The translations under genes and the position numbers were made by a program. DNA of 64,000 nucleotides. Source: Baekduia sp. (lineage in GTDB: Bacteria; Actinomycetota; Thermoleophilia; Solirubrobacterales; Solirubrobacteraceae). Below are positions 26,987-34,531 of the stretch, one piece after another. Below the pieces are notes generated by a model. The model ran no database searches and was not told where the DNA came from. It worked only from the letters and a program-made list of their open reading frames with translations. The stretch covers positions 44,893 to 108,892 of the forward strand of contig DASTWY010000068.1 in the NCBI GenBank assembly GCA_035765735.1. Reading direction: 5' to 3'. Each line of letters starts with the position of its first letter. The first letter of the stretch is position 1.

Positions 26987-29377
26987 TCAGGCCGCCGAGC
27001 CCGCGGCGGGCGGCCAGGTCCAGTCCCGCACCTCGGGAGCGTCGTCGCCGGTCTCTCGCGTGTGCGCGCGCAGGCGCAGCCGGGTGTCCATCATCTCCTG
27101 GCGCAGGCCGGCGGCGCGCTCGCCGAGCGCCGGAACGCGGTCGACGACGTCGATGACCAGGTGGTAGCGGTCGAGGTCGTTCAACATCACCATGTCGAAC
27201 GGCGTCGTCGTCGTGCCCTCCTCCTTGTAGCCGCGCACGTGGATCTGGTCGTGGTTGGTGCGGCGGTAGGTCAGCCGGTGGATCAGCCACGGATAGCCGT
27301 GGTAGGCGAAGATCACCGGCCGGCTGGTCGTGAAGAGCGCGTCGAACTCGCGGTCGGAGAGCCCGTGCGGGTGCTCGCTGTCGGGCTGCAGGCGCATGAG
27401 GTCGACGACGTTGACGACGCGCACCTTCAGCTCGGGCACCCGCTCGCGCAGGATCGCCGCCGCCGCGACCACCTCGAGCGTCGGGATGTCGCCGGCGCAC
27501 GCGAGCACGACGTCGGGCTCGGCGCCGTCGTCGGTGCTCGCCCACGGCCACAGGCCGATGCCGCGCGTGCAGTGGGCGATCGCCTCGTCCATGGTCAGGA
27601 AGTCCAGCGACGGCTGCTTGCCGGCGACGATGACGTTGACGTAGTGCCGCGAGCGCAGGCAGTGGTCGGCGACCGACAGCAGGCAGTTGGCGTCGGGCGG
27701 CAGGTAGACGCGGATGATCTCGGCCTTCTTGTTGACCACGTGGTCGATGAACCCCGGGTCCTGGTGCGAGAACCCGTTGTGGTCCTGTCGCCACACGTGC
27801 GACGACAGCAGGTAGTTCAACGAGGCGATCGGCCGCCGCCACGGCAGCCCGCGTGTGACCTTCAGCCACTTCGCGTGCTGGTTGAACATCGAGTCGACGA
27901 TGTGGATGAACGCCTCGTAGCAGTTGAACAGCCCGTGGCGGCCGGTCAGCAGGTAGCCCTCGAGCCAGCCCTGGCACAGGTGCTCGCTGAGGACCTCCAT
28001 GACGCGGCCGTCGGGGGCGAGGTGGTCGTCGCCGGCGGCGACCTCGGCGTCCCAGGCGCGGTCGGTGGCCTCGAAGACGGCGTCGAGCCGGTTCGAGCGC
28101 GTCTCGTCCGGGCCCATGATCCGGAAGCGGTCGCGGTTGGCCGCGACGACGTCTCGCAGCCAGGCACCCAGCACGCGCGTGGCCTCGCTGCTGCGCCGGC
28201 CCGGCGCGGGGACGTCGACGGCGTAGGCGCGGAAGTCGGGGAGCTCGAGGTCGCGCAGCAGCAGGCCGCCGTTGGCGTGGGGGTTGGCGCCCATGCGCCG
28301 GGGGCCCTCCGGCGCCAGCGCCGTGATCTCGGACCGCACGGCCCCGTCGTCGTCGAACAGCTCGTGCGGCCGGTAGGAGCGCAGCCACGCCTCGAGCTGG
28401 GCGAGGTGCTCGGGCCGCTCGCGCAGGTTGGCCAGCGGCACCTGGTGGGAGCGGAAGGTGCCCTCGGCGGGCAGCCCGTCGACCTCCTTGGGGCCGGTCC
28501 AGCCCTTCGGCGTGCGCAGGACGATCATCGGCCAGCGGGGGCGCGTGCGGTCGTGCTCCTCCCGGGCCCGGCGCTGGATCGCCGCGATCTCGTCGAGCAC
28601 GTCGTCGAGGGCGTCGGCCAGCGCGCGATGCACCGCGGCCGGCTCGTCGCCGGTGACGAACCGCGGCGCGTAGCCGTAGCCCTCCAGCAGCGCCCGCAGC
28701 TCGTCCTCCGGGATCCGCGCGAGCACCGTCGGGTTGGCGATCTTGTAGCCGTTGAGGTGCAGGACCGGCAGCACCGCGCCGTCGGCCGCCGGGTTGAGGA
28801 ACTTGTTGGAGTGCCAGCTCGCCGCCAGCGGCCCCGTCTCGGCCTCGCCGTCGCCCACGACGCAGCAGACGAGCAGGTCGGGGTTGTCGAACGCGGCGCC
28901 GAAGGCGTGGACGAGCGCATAGCCGAGCTCGCCGCCCTCGTGGATCGAGCCCGGCGTCTCCGGCGCCACGTGGCTGGGGATGCCGCCGGGGAACGAGAAC
29001 TGGCGGAACAGGCGCCGCAGGCCCTCCTCGTCGCGCCGGATGTGCGGGTAGATCTCGGTGTACGTGCCCTCGAGGTAGGTGCTGGCGACCAGGGCGGGGC
29101 CGCCGTGCCCGGGCCCGGTGACGAACATCGCGTCGAGGTCGCGTGCGCGGATGACGCGGTTGAGGTGCGCGTAGAGCAGGTTGAGGCCGGGCGTCGTGCC
29201 CCAGTGGCCGAGCAGGCGCGGCTTGACATGCTCGAGGCGCAGCGGCTCGCGCAGCAGCGGGTTGTCCAGCAGGTAGATCTGGCCGATGGAGAGGTAGTTG
29301 GCCGCGCGCCACCAGGCGTCGAGCCGGGCGAGCTCCTCCTCGGTCGCCGGGGCGGGGGCGGCGGGCATGACGTCCAT
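26987..29377 (-). CDS. xfp: Xylulose-5-P/fructose-6-P phosphoketolase
   Basis: The sequence [24 protein letters not shown]...[17 protein letters not shown]...EGGELGY...GDGEAETGP is a hallmark phosphoketolase sequence. The start is at MDVMPAAP (or 29368). Confidence 0.92.
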   Translation of the reverse strand: MDVMPAAPAPATEEELARLDAWWRAANYLSIGQIYLLDNPLLREPLRLEHVKPRLLGHWGTTPGLNLLYAHLNRVIRARDLDAMFVTGPGHGGPALVASTYLEGTYTEIYPHIRRDEEGLRRLFRQFSFPGGIPSHVAPETPGSIHEGGELGYALVHAFGAAFDNPDLLVCCVVGDGEAETGPLAASWHSNKFLNPAADGAVLPVLHLNGYKIANPTVLARIPEDELRALLEGYGYAPRFVTGDEPAAVHRALADALDDVLDEIAAIQRRAREEHDRTRPRWPMIVLRTPKGWTGPKEVDGLPAEGTFRSHQVPLANLRERPEHLAQLEAWLRSYRPHELFDDDGAVRSEITALAPEGPRRMGANPHANGGLLLRDLELPDFRAYAVDVPAPGRRSSEATRVLGAWLRDVVAANRDRFRIMGPDETRSNRLDAVFEATDRAWDAEVAAGDDHLAPDGRVMEVLSEHLCQGWLEGYLLTGRHGLFNCYEAFIHIVDSMFNQHAKWLKVTRGLPWRRPIASLNYLLSSHVWRQDHNGFSHQDPGFIDHVVNKKAEIIRVYLPPDANCLLSVADHCLRSRHYVNVIVAGKQPSLDFLTMDEAIAHCTRGIGLWPWASTDDGAEPDVVLACAGDIPTLEVVAAAAILRERVPELKVRVVNVVDLMRLQPDSEHPHGLSDREFDALFTTSRPVIFAYHGYPWLIHRLTYRRTNHDQIHVRGYKEEGTTTTPFDMVMLNDLDRYHLVIDVVDRVPALGERAAGLRQEMMDTRLRLRAHTRETGDDAPEVRDWTWPPAAGSAA

Positions 29378-29465
29378 CCTGCGGCCCGGATACCCCGCGC
29401 GCATCCGGGGGAACCCGTGGGCGGGTGCGGCCGCCCGGAGCGTCGGAAGGCTGGACACGTGTCGT

Positions 29466-29490
29466 CTGGACCCCGATCCGCGGGGTCCAG
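29466..29490. promoter_or_regulatory. Perfect 10-bp inverted repeat CTGGACCCCG-atccg-CGGGGTCCAG in the xfp/mntH divergent intergenic region
   Basis: Read directly. It lies 89 nt upstream of the xfp start and 133 nt upstream of the mntH start. Its function (operator or RNA hairpin) is unknown. Confidence 0.35.
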
Positions 29491-29622
29491 GCGACCCGCG
29501 TCCGGCGTCACGCCGGGATGACGGTCACCGGCCGGTCGACTCCAGGAAGGGTCGTCACGCCGAACTGCAGGCGCGCGAGCTCCAGGGCGGTCCCTCGCGC
29601 GCCCGTAAGGTCCACGGCTGCC

Positions 29623-30945
29623 ATGAGCACCCCGGCCCGGAGGCGACGCCTGCCGCGGCGGCCCCATCCCGGCCGCAGCCTCCACCTGCCGCTGTTCCAC
29701 CTGGTGCGGCTGCGCCACCGGCGGGCGCCGTCGACCGTCGCCCTGCTGGCGGTCATGGGGCCGGGGCTGCTGGCCGGCCTGTCGGACGACGACCCGGCCG
29801 GGATCACCACCTACTCGGTGCTGGGCGCCGACTACGGCTACGAGCTGCTGTGGGTGCTGGCACTGTCGACGGTGGCGCTGATCGTCTTCCACGAGATCGC
29901 CGCGCGCACCGGTGTCGTCACCGGCCGCGGGCTGGCCGCCCTCGTCCGCGAGCGCTACGGCCACCGGGCCGCGCACGCGGCGCTGGCCGCGCTCGTCGTC
30001 GCCAACGTGGGCACGATCGGCGCCGAGTTCGCCGGCATCGCCGCGGGCATGGACCTGCTCGTCGGCGCGCCCCGCGGGCTGACGGTCCCGTTCTTCGCCG
30101 CCGCGATCGCGCTGCTCGTGCTGCGCGCGTCGTTCCACCGCGTCGAGCACGTGCTGCTCGCACTCAGCGCGGTGTTCATCACGTACGTCGCGGCCGGGCT
30201 CCTGGCGCATCCCGACTGGGGCGCCGCGGCGCACGGCCTGGTGGTGCCGGCGATCGACGGCACGCGCCGCGGCGTCTTCGACGCGGTGGCGACGCTGGGC
30301 ACCACGCTCGCCCCGTGGGGGCTGGCGTTCATGCAGTCCTACGCGGTCGACAAGCGGCTGACGGTGGCCGACCTGCGCTACGAGCGGATCGACGTGGCCG
30401 CCGGCGCGGTGATGACCGGCGTCATCGGCTTCTTCATCGTCGTGGCGTGCGCGGCGACGCTGCACGCCGGCGGCGTTCGCGTCGACGATGCCGGCGACGC
30501 GGCGCAGGCGCTCGGGCCGCTCGTCGGCGACTTCGCCACGACCCTGTTCGGGCTCGGCTTCCTCGGCGCCGCGGTGCTGGCCGCGGCGATCGTCCCGCTG
30601 TCGACCGCCTACTCGGTCGCCGAGGGCCTCGGCCGGCCGGCGGGGATCGACCTCGCCGTCCGCCAGGCGCCGGCGTTCTACGGCGCCTATGCCGGGGCGG
30701 TGGTCGTCGGCGCCGGGCTCGTGCTGATCCCGGGTGTGCCCCTCGTCCCGGTGCTGGTCCTCTCCCAGGCGCTCAACGCCGTCCTGCTGCTCGCGGTGCT
30801 GCCGTTCCTGCGAGCGCTGGCCGCCGACCCGGTGGTGATGGGGGAGCAGCGCCTCGGCCGCGGGGAGCGTGCGTGGACGGCGCTGCTGCTGGGGCTCGTC
30901 GCTCTCTCCGTCGTCGCACTCGGCGTGCTCGTGGTCCTGGGCTGA
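29623..30945 (+). CDS. mntH: NRAMP-family divalent metal (Mn2+/Fe2+) transporter
   Basis: The sequence has GPGLLAGLSDDDPAGITTYSVLGADYGYELLW (DPGN-like region), GTTLAPWGLAFMQSY and about 11 hydrophobic segments. ATG 29623 is in the track frame. Confidence 0.85.
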   Translation: MSTPARRRRLPRRPHPGRSLHLPLFHLVRLRHRRAPSTVALLAVMGPGLLAGLSDDDPAGITTYSVLGADYGYELLWVLALSTVALIVFHEIAARTGVVTGRGLAALVRERYGHRAAHAALAALVVANVGTIGAEFAGIAAGMDLLVGAPRGLTVPFFAAAIALLVLRASFHRVEHVLLALSAVFITYVAAGLLAHPDWGAAAHGLVVPAIDGTRRGVFDAVATLGTTLAPWGLAFMQSYAVDKRLTVADLRYERIDVAAGAVMTGVIGFFIVVACAATLHAGGVRVDDAGDAAQALGPLVGDFATTLFGLGFLGAAVLAAAIVPLSTAYSVAEGLGRPAGIDLAVRQAPAFYGAYAGAVVVGAGLVLIPGVPLVPVLVLSQALNAVLLLAVLPFLRALAADPVVMGEQRLGRGERAWTALLLGLVALSVVALGVLVVLG

Positions 30946-31031
30946 GCGACCGGGGCGAGGGCACCACATGGGTGGGCGTGGAGCGCTGCGGCATTGACGA
31001 TGCGATAGCCGATGCTGTTTGCTGTGCGGAA

Positions 31032-32171
31032 GTGCGCAATGACGGTGATCATGGTCCGGAGCGGCTCGCGCTCGACGAGGCTCACATCGAGCAGCTGCAC
31101 CGCGGCCGCGTTGCCGACGCCGTTGTCGAGGTGCTCTCCGAGCGCGGCTATCCCGCGGTGACCGTGGCGGACATCGCCGCGCGCGCGACGATGTCGAGCC
31201 GGACCTTCTACCGCCTGTACGACAACAAGGCCGCCGCGTTCGCCGAGGTCCACCACCGGTTGCGGAAGCGCGCGCACCGTCGCATGCGGGCGGCGATGGC
31301 CTGCCACGAAGAGCCCCGCGATCAGGTCTGCGCCGCCCTGCAAGCCGTGCTCGCGTGCGTCGACGAGCACCCGGCGTGGGGGCGGGCGTTCGTGGCCGAC
31401 GGACCGGCCTCCGACGGGTCGGCGGAGCCGCTGTACCTCGCCACGATCCAGGGCTGGCTCGACGAGGCCGCCGACCTGCTGCCCGAGCCCCGTGACATGA
31501 CCCGCGCCGAGCAGGGCGCCGCGGTCTGCGGCATCCTCCGCGCGCGGCTGGCGACGGGCGGGCGACCCGCGTCCGACCTGTTGCCGGCGCTCAGCCGCCT
31601 GGTCGTCGGCGAGCGACTCGACGCGCTTCCGGCGACGGCGGACCGCGCCGCCCCGCCCGCGCCCGAGCTGACGTGGGATGCGCTCGTGCAGGCGCTGCTC
31701 GACCACGACGCCGCGAAGCTCGCCGCGCTCCAGCAGGAGGCCGAGGCCGCGCTGGACGGCCGGCGGCGCGGCGATGCCGCGAGAACCGCACCGCGGGATG
31801 AGGCCGAGCTGGCCGGCCTCGCGCACGCCGCCGCCGTCGGGCGCGTCGGCGGCGTGGCCGGCGTCCTGGCCCTGGCGGGCCACGGCACGGGCGACGGCCT
31901 ACCGTCGCGGCAGGCGCTGCGCTGCCTGCGCTACGTCGCCGCCCATCCCGGCACGAGCGGGCGCGGCGTCCTCCACGGGCTCGGGTTCCGCAACGAGTCG
32001 CAGGTCAGCCGGCTGCTGAGCGGGCTGGCCGGGCGCGGCCTCGTCAACGGCAGCCACGCGCGCGGCGGCCCGCGGGCATGGACGGCGACCGCTGCCGGGG
32101 AGCAGCTGCTGCGCTCGCTGGCGCTCCCGGGCGCGACGGAGGACCCGGCGCCCGAGCTCGACCCCGCGTGA
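31032..32171 (+). CDS. TetR-family N-terminal HTH regulator with extended C-terminus containing a second wHTH-like segment
   Basis: GTG 31032 (alternatives 30972 or 30978). The TetR HTH is VVEVLSERGYPAVTVADIAARATMSSRTFYRLYDNKAAAF. The C-terminal RCLRYVAAHPGTSGRGVLHGLGFRNESQVSRLLSGLAGRGLVNG looks like a MarR/IclR-type wHTH. Confidence 0.7.
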   Translation: MRNDGDHGPERLALDEAHIEQLHRGRVADAVVEVLSERGYPAVTVADIAARATMSSRTFYRLYDNKAAAFAEVHHRLRKRAHRRMRAAMACHEEPRDQVCAALQAVLACVDEHPAWGRAFVADGPASDGSAEPLYLATIQGWLDEAADLLPEPRDMTRAEQGAAVCGILRARLATGGRPASDLLPALSRLVVGERLDALPATADRAAPPAPELTWDALVQALLDHDAAKLAALQQEAEAALDGRRRGDAARTAPRDEAELAGLAHAAAVGRVGGVAGVLALAGHGTGDGLPSRQALRCLRYVAAHPGTSGRGVLHGLGFRNESQVSRLLSGLAGRGLVNGSHARGGPRAWTATAAGEQLLRSLALPGATEDPAPELDPA

Positions 32172-32180
32172 TCGCGCCGC

Positions 32181-32582
32181 TCAGCCGGCGACGACGAACA
32201 CCGCGCGCGCCCGGACGACTTCGCGGTCCCCGGCGCGCAGCGAGCAGTCGGCGAAGGCCAGCGTGCCGCCGACGCGGTCCACGCGGGCGCGGGCCTCGAT
32301 CCAGTCGCCGGGCATCGCCGGCTTGAGGAAGTCGACGGTCAGGCTCACGGTCGCGCGCTCCTTGCCGTCGTCGGCGTCGGCCTGGATCGCCCGCCCGAGC
32401 GCGAAGTCGGCAAACGTGGACAGCAGCCCGCCCTGGACGGTGCCGCGATGGTTGGCGTGGCGCTCCTCGGCGCGCAGCCCGAGCACCAGCTCGCCGCCGT
32501 CCTCGCGGACGTGGACGGGGCCCACGTGCTTGAGGAACGGACCCTGGTTCTCGAAGGGGACGAAGCCGTCGGGAGCGTGCAT
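32181..32582 (-). CDS. PaaI/hotdog-fold thioesterase
   Basis: HRGTVQGGLLSTFADFALG, SLTVDFLKPA and GTLAFADCSL are typical of PaaI-family thioesterases. The start is chosen at MHAPDGF. Confidence 0.82.
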   Translation of the reverse strand: MHAPDGFVPFENQGPFLKHVGPVHVREDGGELVLGLRAEERHANHRGTVQGGLLSTFADFALGRAIQADADDGKERATVSLTVDFLKPAMPGDWIEARARVDRVGGTLAFADCSLRAGDREVVRARAVFVVAG

Positions 32583-32644
32583 CGGGCCGGTCCGTACCCT
32601 GCGGCGGCGGTGCGCCAGTCGCATGGGTACGCTGCGCGGGGCCC

Positions 32645-33625
32645 GTGCGTCCGGTCGTTCCTTCCATCACAGCGCTGCTGGCGGGGGCCGCGGCGCTGGT
32701 CGGCGCCTGCGGCGCCGCGTCGGAGCCGAGTCGCGATCACGCGACGGGGACCGCGGCCACCGCGGCCGCCGGCGCCGCGCGCGAGCACCGGCGCGCGCCG
32801 GCCGTGTGCGGCCGCCTTCGCGCCGTCGCCACCGGGACGCTGCAGGCGCCGGAGCTCACCGAGCTCTCGGGGTTGGCGCTGAGCCCCGACCAGCCGGGCG
32901 TGCTGTGGGCCCACAACGACTCCGGCGACCGACCGCGCGTCTTCGCGCTGGCGCCGGACGGCCGCGCGCTCGCCGTCCTCGACGTGCCCGGCGCGGAGGC
33001 CGTCGACTGGGAGGACCTGGCGATCGGCCCCGCATCGGCGGGCGCGCGACCGCGGGCCCTGTACCTCGCCGACACCGGCGACAACGCGTCCTCCCGCGCC
33101 GGGATCGACGTCTATCGCGTGCCCGAGCCGCGGCTGCCGGCCACCGGCGTGACCGCGCCGGCGACGCGCCTGCGGCTGCGGTACCCCGACGGCGCGCACG
33201 ACGCCGAGACGCTGCTGGTGGAGCCGCGGACCGGCGAGCTGGCGATCGTCACGAAGCGCTTCGACGGCGCGTCGCGGGTCTATTCGGCGACGCCCGCCGC
33301 GGTCGCGCGCGCAGCCGCCGGGGCGGTGGTCACGCTCCGCCGCGGCGCGCTCCTGCCGCTGGGCACCGGCGGCCTGGCGACCGCCGGGGACGTCAGCGCC
33401 AACCGCCGCATCGTGGTCGTGCGGACGTACACGGCGCTGGTGGCCTGGCGCAAGGCGCCCGGCGCGACGCTGGCGGCGACGCTCCGGCGGCGGCCTTGCC
33501 GGGGCGTGGTCCCGCTCGCCGGGGAGGGCCAGGGCGAGTCGCTGGCGCTGACGCGCTCGGGCCGCGCGTTCTTCACCGCGCCGGAGGGCGCCGGCGCGAC
33601 GATCCGGCGCTACGCGGCGCGCTGA
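32645..33625 (+). CDS. Hypothetical lipoprotein (beta-propeller-like, SdiA-regulated/phytase-like style)
   Basis: A signal peptide with lipobox LVGAC is present. Motifs include ELSGLALSP...LWAHNDSGD...DWEDLAIG...LYLADTGDN. The family call is tentative. Confidence 0.7.
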   Translation: MRPVVPSITALLAGAAALVGACGAASEPSRDHATGTAATAAAGAAREHRRAPAVCGRLRAVATGTLQAPELTELSGLALSPDQPGVLWAHNDSGDRPRVFALAPDGRALAVLDVPGAEAVDWEDLAIGPASAGARPRALYLADTGDNASSRAGIDVYRVPEPRLPATGVTAPATRLRLRYPDGAHDAETLLVEPRTGELAIVTKRFDGASRVYSATPAAVARAAAGAVVTLRRGALLPLGTGGLATAGDVSANRRIVVVRTYTALVAWRKAPGATLAATLRRRPCRGVVPLAGEGQGESLALTRSGRAFFTAPEGAGATIRRYAAR

Positions 33626-33652
33626 GGCGCGGCGCGCGAGACTCCTGCGCCG

Positions 33653-34309
33653 ATGCCCGACTCGCTCTCCGCTGCCGACGCCGTCCTCTTCGACCTCGAC
33701 GGCGTGCTCGTCGACTCCCGTCACGCCTTCGCCACCTCGCTGAACGCCGCGCTCGCCGGCAACGGCCTCGAGGAGCGGCCGGCCGCCGAGCTGCACCGGT
33801 TCCTCGGGCCGCCGCTGGAGATGACGATGCGCGAGCTGGTCGGCGACGACCCGGCGCTGGTGGACTCGTGCGTCGCGGCCTACCGCGGCCGCCTCCGCGA
33901 GCACGGCCCGCGCGAGAGCCGGCCCTACGACGGCATCCCGGAGGTCGTCGCCATGCTCGCCAGCGCCATGCCGCTGGCGGTCGCCACCTCCAAGCCGCAG
34001 GCGCTCGCCGAGCCGCTGCTGGAGGCCTTCGGCCTGGCCGGCCACTTCGCGGTCATCGTCGGCCCGTCGATGGAGGCACGCGACGAGCCGAAGGCGGTGA
34101 CGATCGAGCGCGCGCTCCGGCATCTGCCGGCGGGCGCGTCGCCGGTGATGGTCGGCGACCGGCGCTACGACGTCATCGGCGCGCGCGCCCACGGGCTTCC
34201 GTGCGCCGGCGCGCTGTGGGGCGTCGGAGGCGAGGAGGAGCTGCGCGAGGCCGGCGCCGCGGCGCTCGTGGCGGAGCCGCGCGACCTCGTGGCGCTGCTC
34301 GGCGCCTGA
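33653..34309 (+). CDS. HAD-superfamily hydrolase (phosphoglycolate phosphatase-like)
   Basis: Motif I is FDLDGVLVDS, motif II is VATSK, and motif IV is VGDRRYDV. Confidence 0.88.
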   Translation: MPDSLSAADAVLFDLDGVLVDSRHAFATSLNAALAGNGLEERPAAELHRFLGPPLEMTMRELVGDDPALVDSCVAAYRGRLREHGPRESRPYDGIPEVVAMLASAMPLAVATSKPQALAEPLLEAFGLAGHFAVIVGPSMEARDEPKAVTIERALRHLPAGASPVMVGDRRYDVIGARAHGLPCAGALWGVGGEEELREAGAAALVAEPRDLVALLGA

Positions 34310-34340
34310 GTCGCCCGTCGGCTCACCTTCGACCAGAGCC

Positions 34341-34364
34341 CGAGGGTCGCCGCGCCGACCCTCG
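34341..34364 (+). terminator. GC hairpin after HAD gene (9-bp stem CGAGGGTCG/CGACCCTCG, 6-nt loop)
   Basis: Read directly, 32 nt downstream of the stop. There is no U-tract. Confidence 0.45.
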
Positions 34365-34402
34365 TGAGCTGCTCAGCGCTCAAGCGAACTTGCGCTTCGG
34401 GC

Positions 34403-34432
34403 TTGCTTTTGTGAACCGTGTGTGTTTATGGT
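34403..34432 (+). promoter_or_regulatory. Candidate sigma-70-type promoter for the secreted-protein module
   Basis: TTGCTT (34403-08), an 18-nt spacer, then TATGGT (34427-32, TAnnnT). It sits in an unusually low-GC stretch about 100 nt upstream of the 34532 start. Pattern match only. Confidence 0.25.
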
Positions 34433-34531
34433 CTGGACGGCGGGCGATGCTGAGCGAACAGGACTTCGCGAAGCTCAACGCCGTGCGAGGCATATGGCCT
34501 CTAGAGTCACAGCTACTGGAAAGGTCGTGTG

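Noticed and set aside
25067-29521. 1484-aa plus-strand ORF antisense to the ybjQ-ackA-xfp operon
   Set aside because: The opposite strand encodes unmistakable phosphoketolase and acetate kinase. The plus-strand translation is low complexity.
29378-29622. Mn2+ (yybP-ykoY) riboswitch upstream of mntH
   Set aside because: I could not find the conserved four-way-junction sequence elements. Only a simple palindrome is evident, and it is reported separately.
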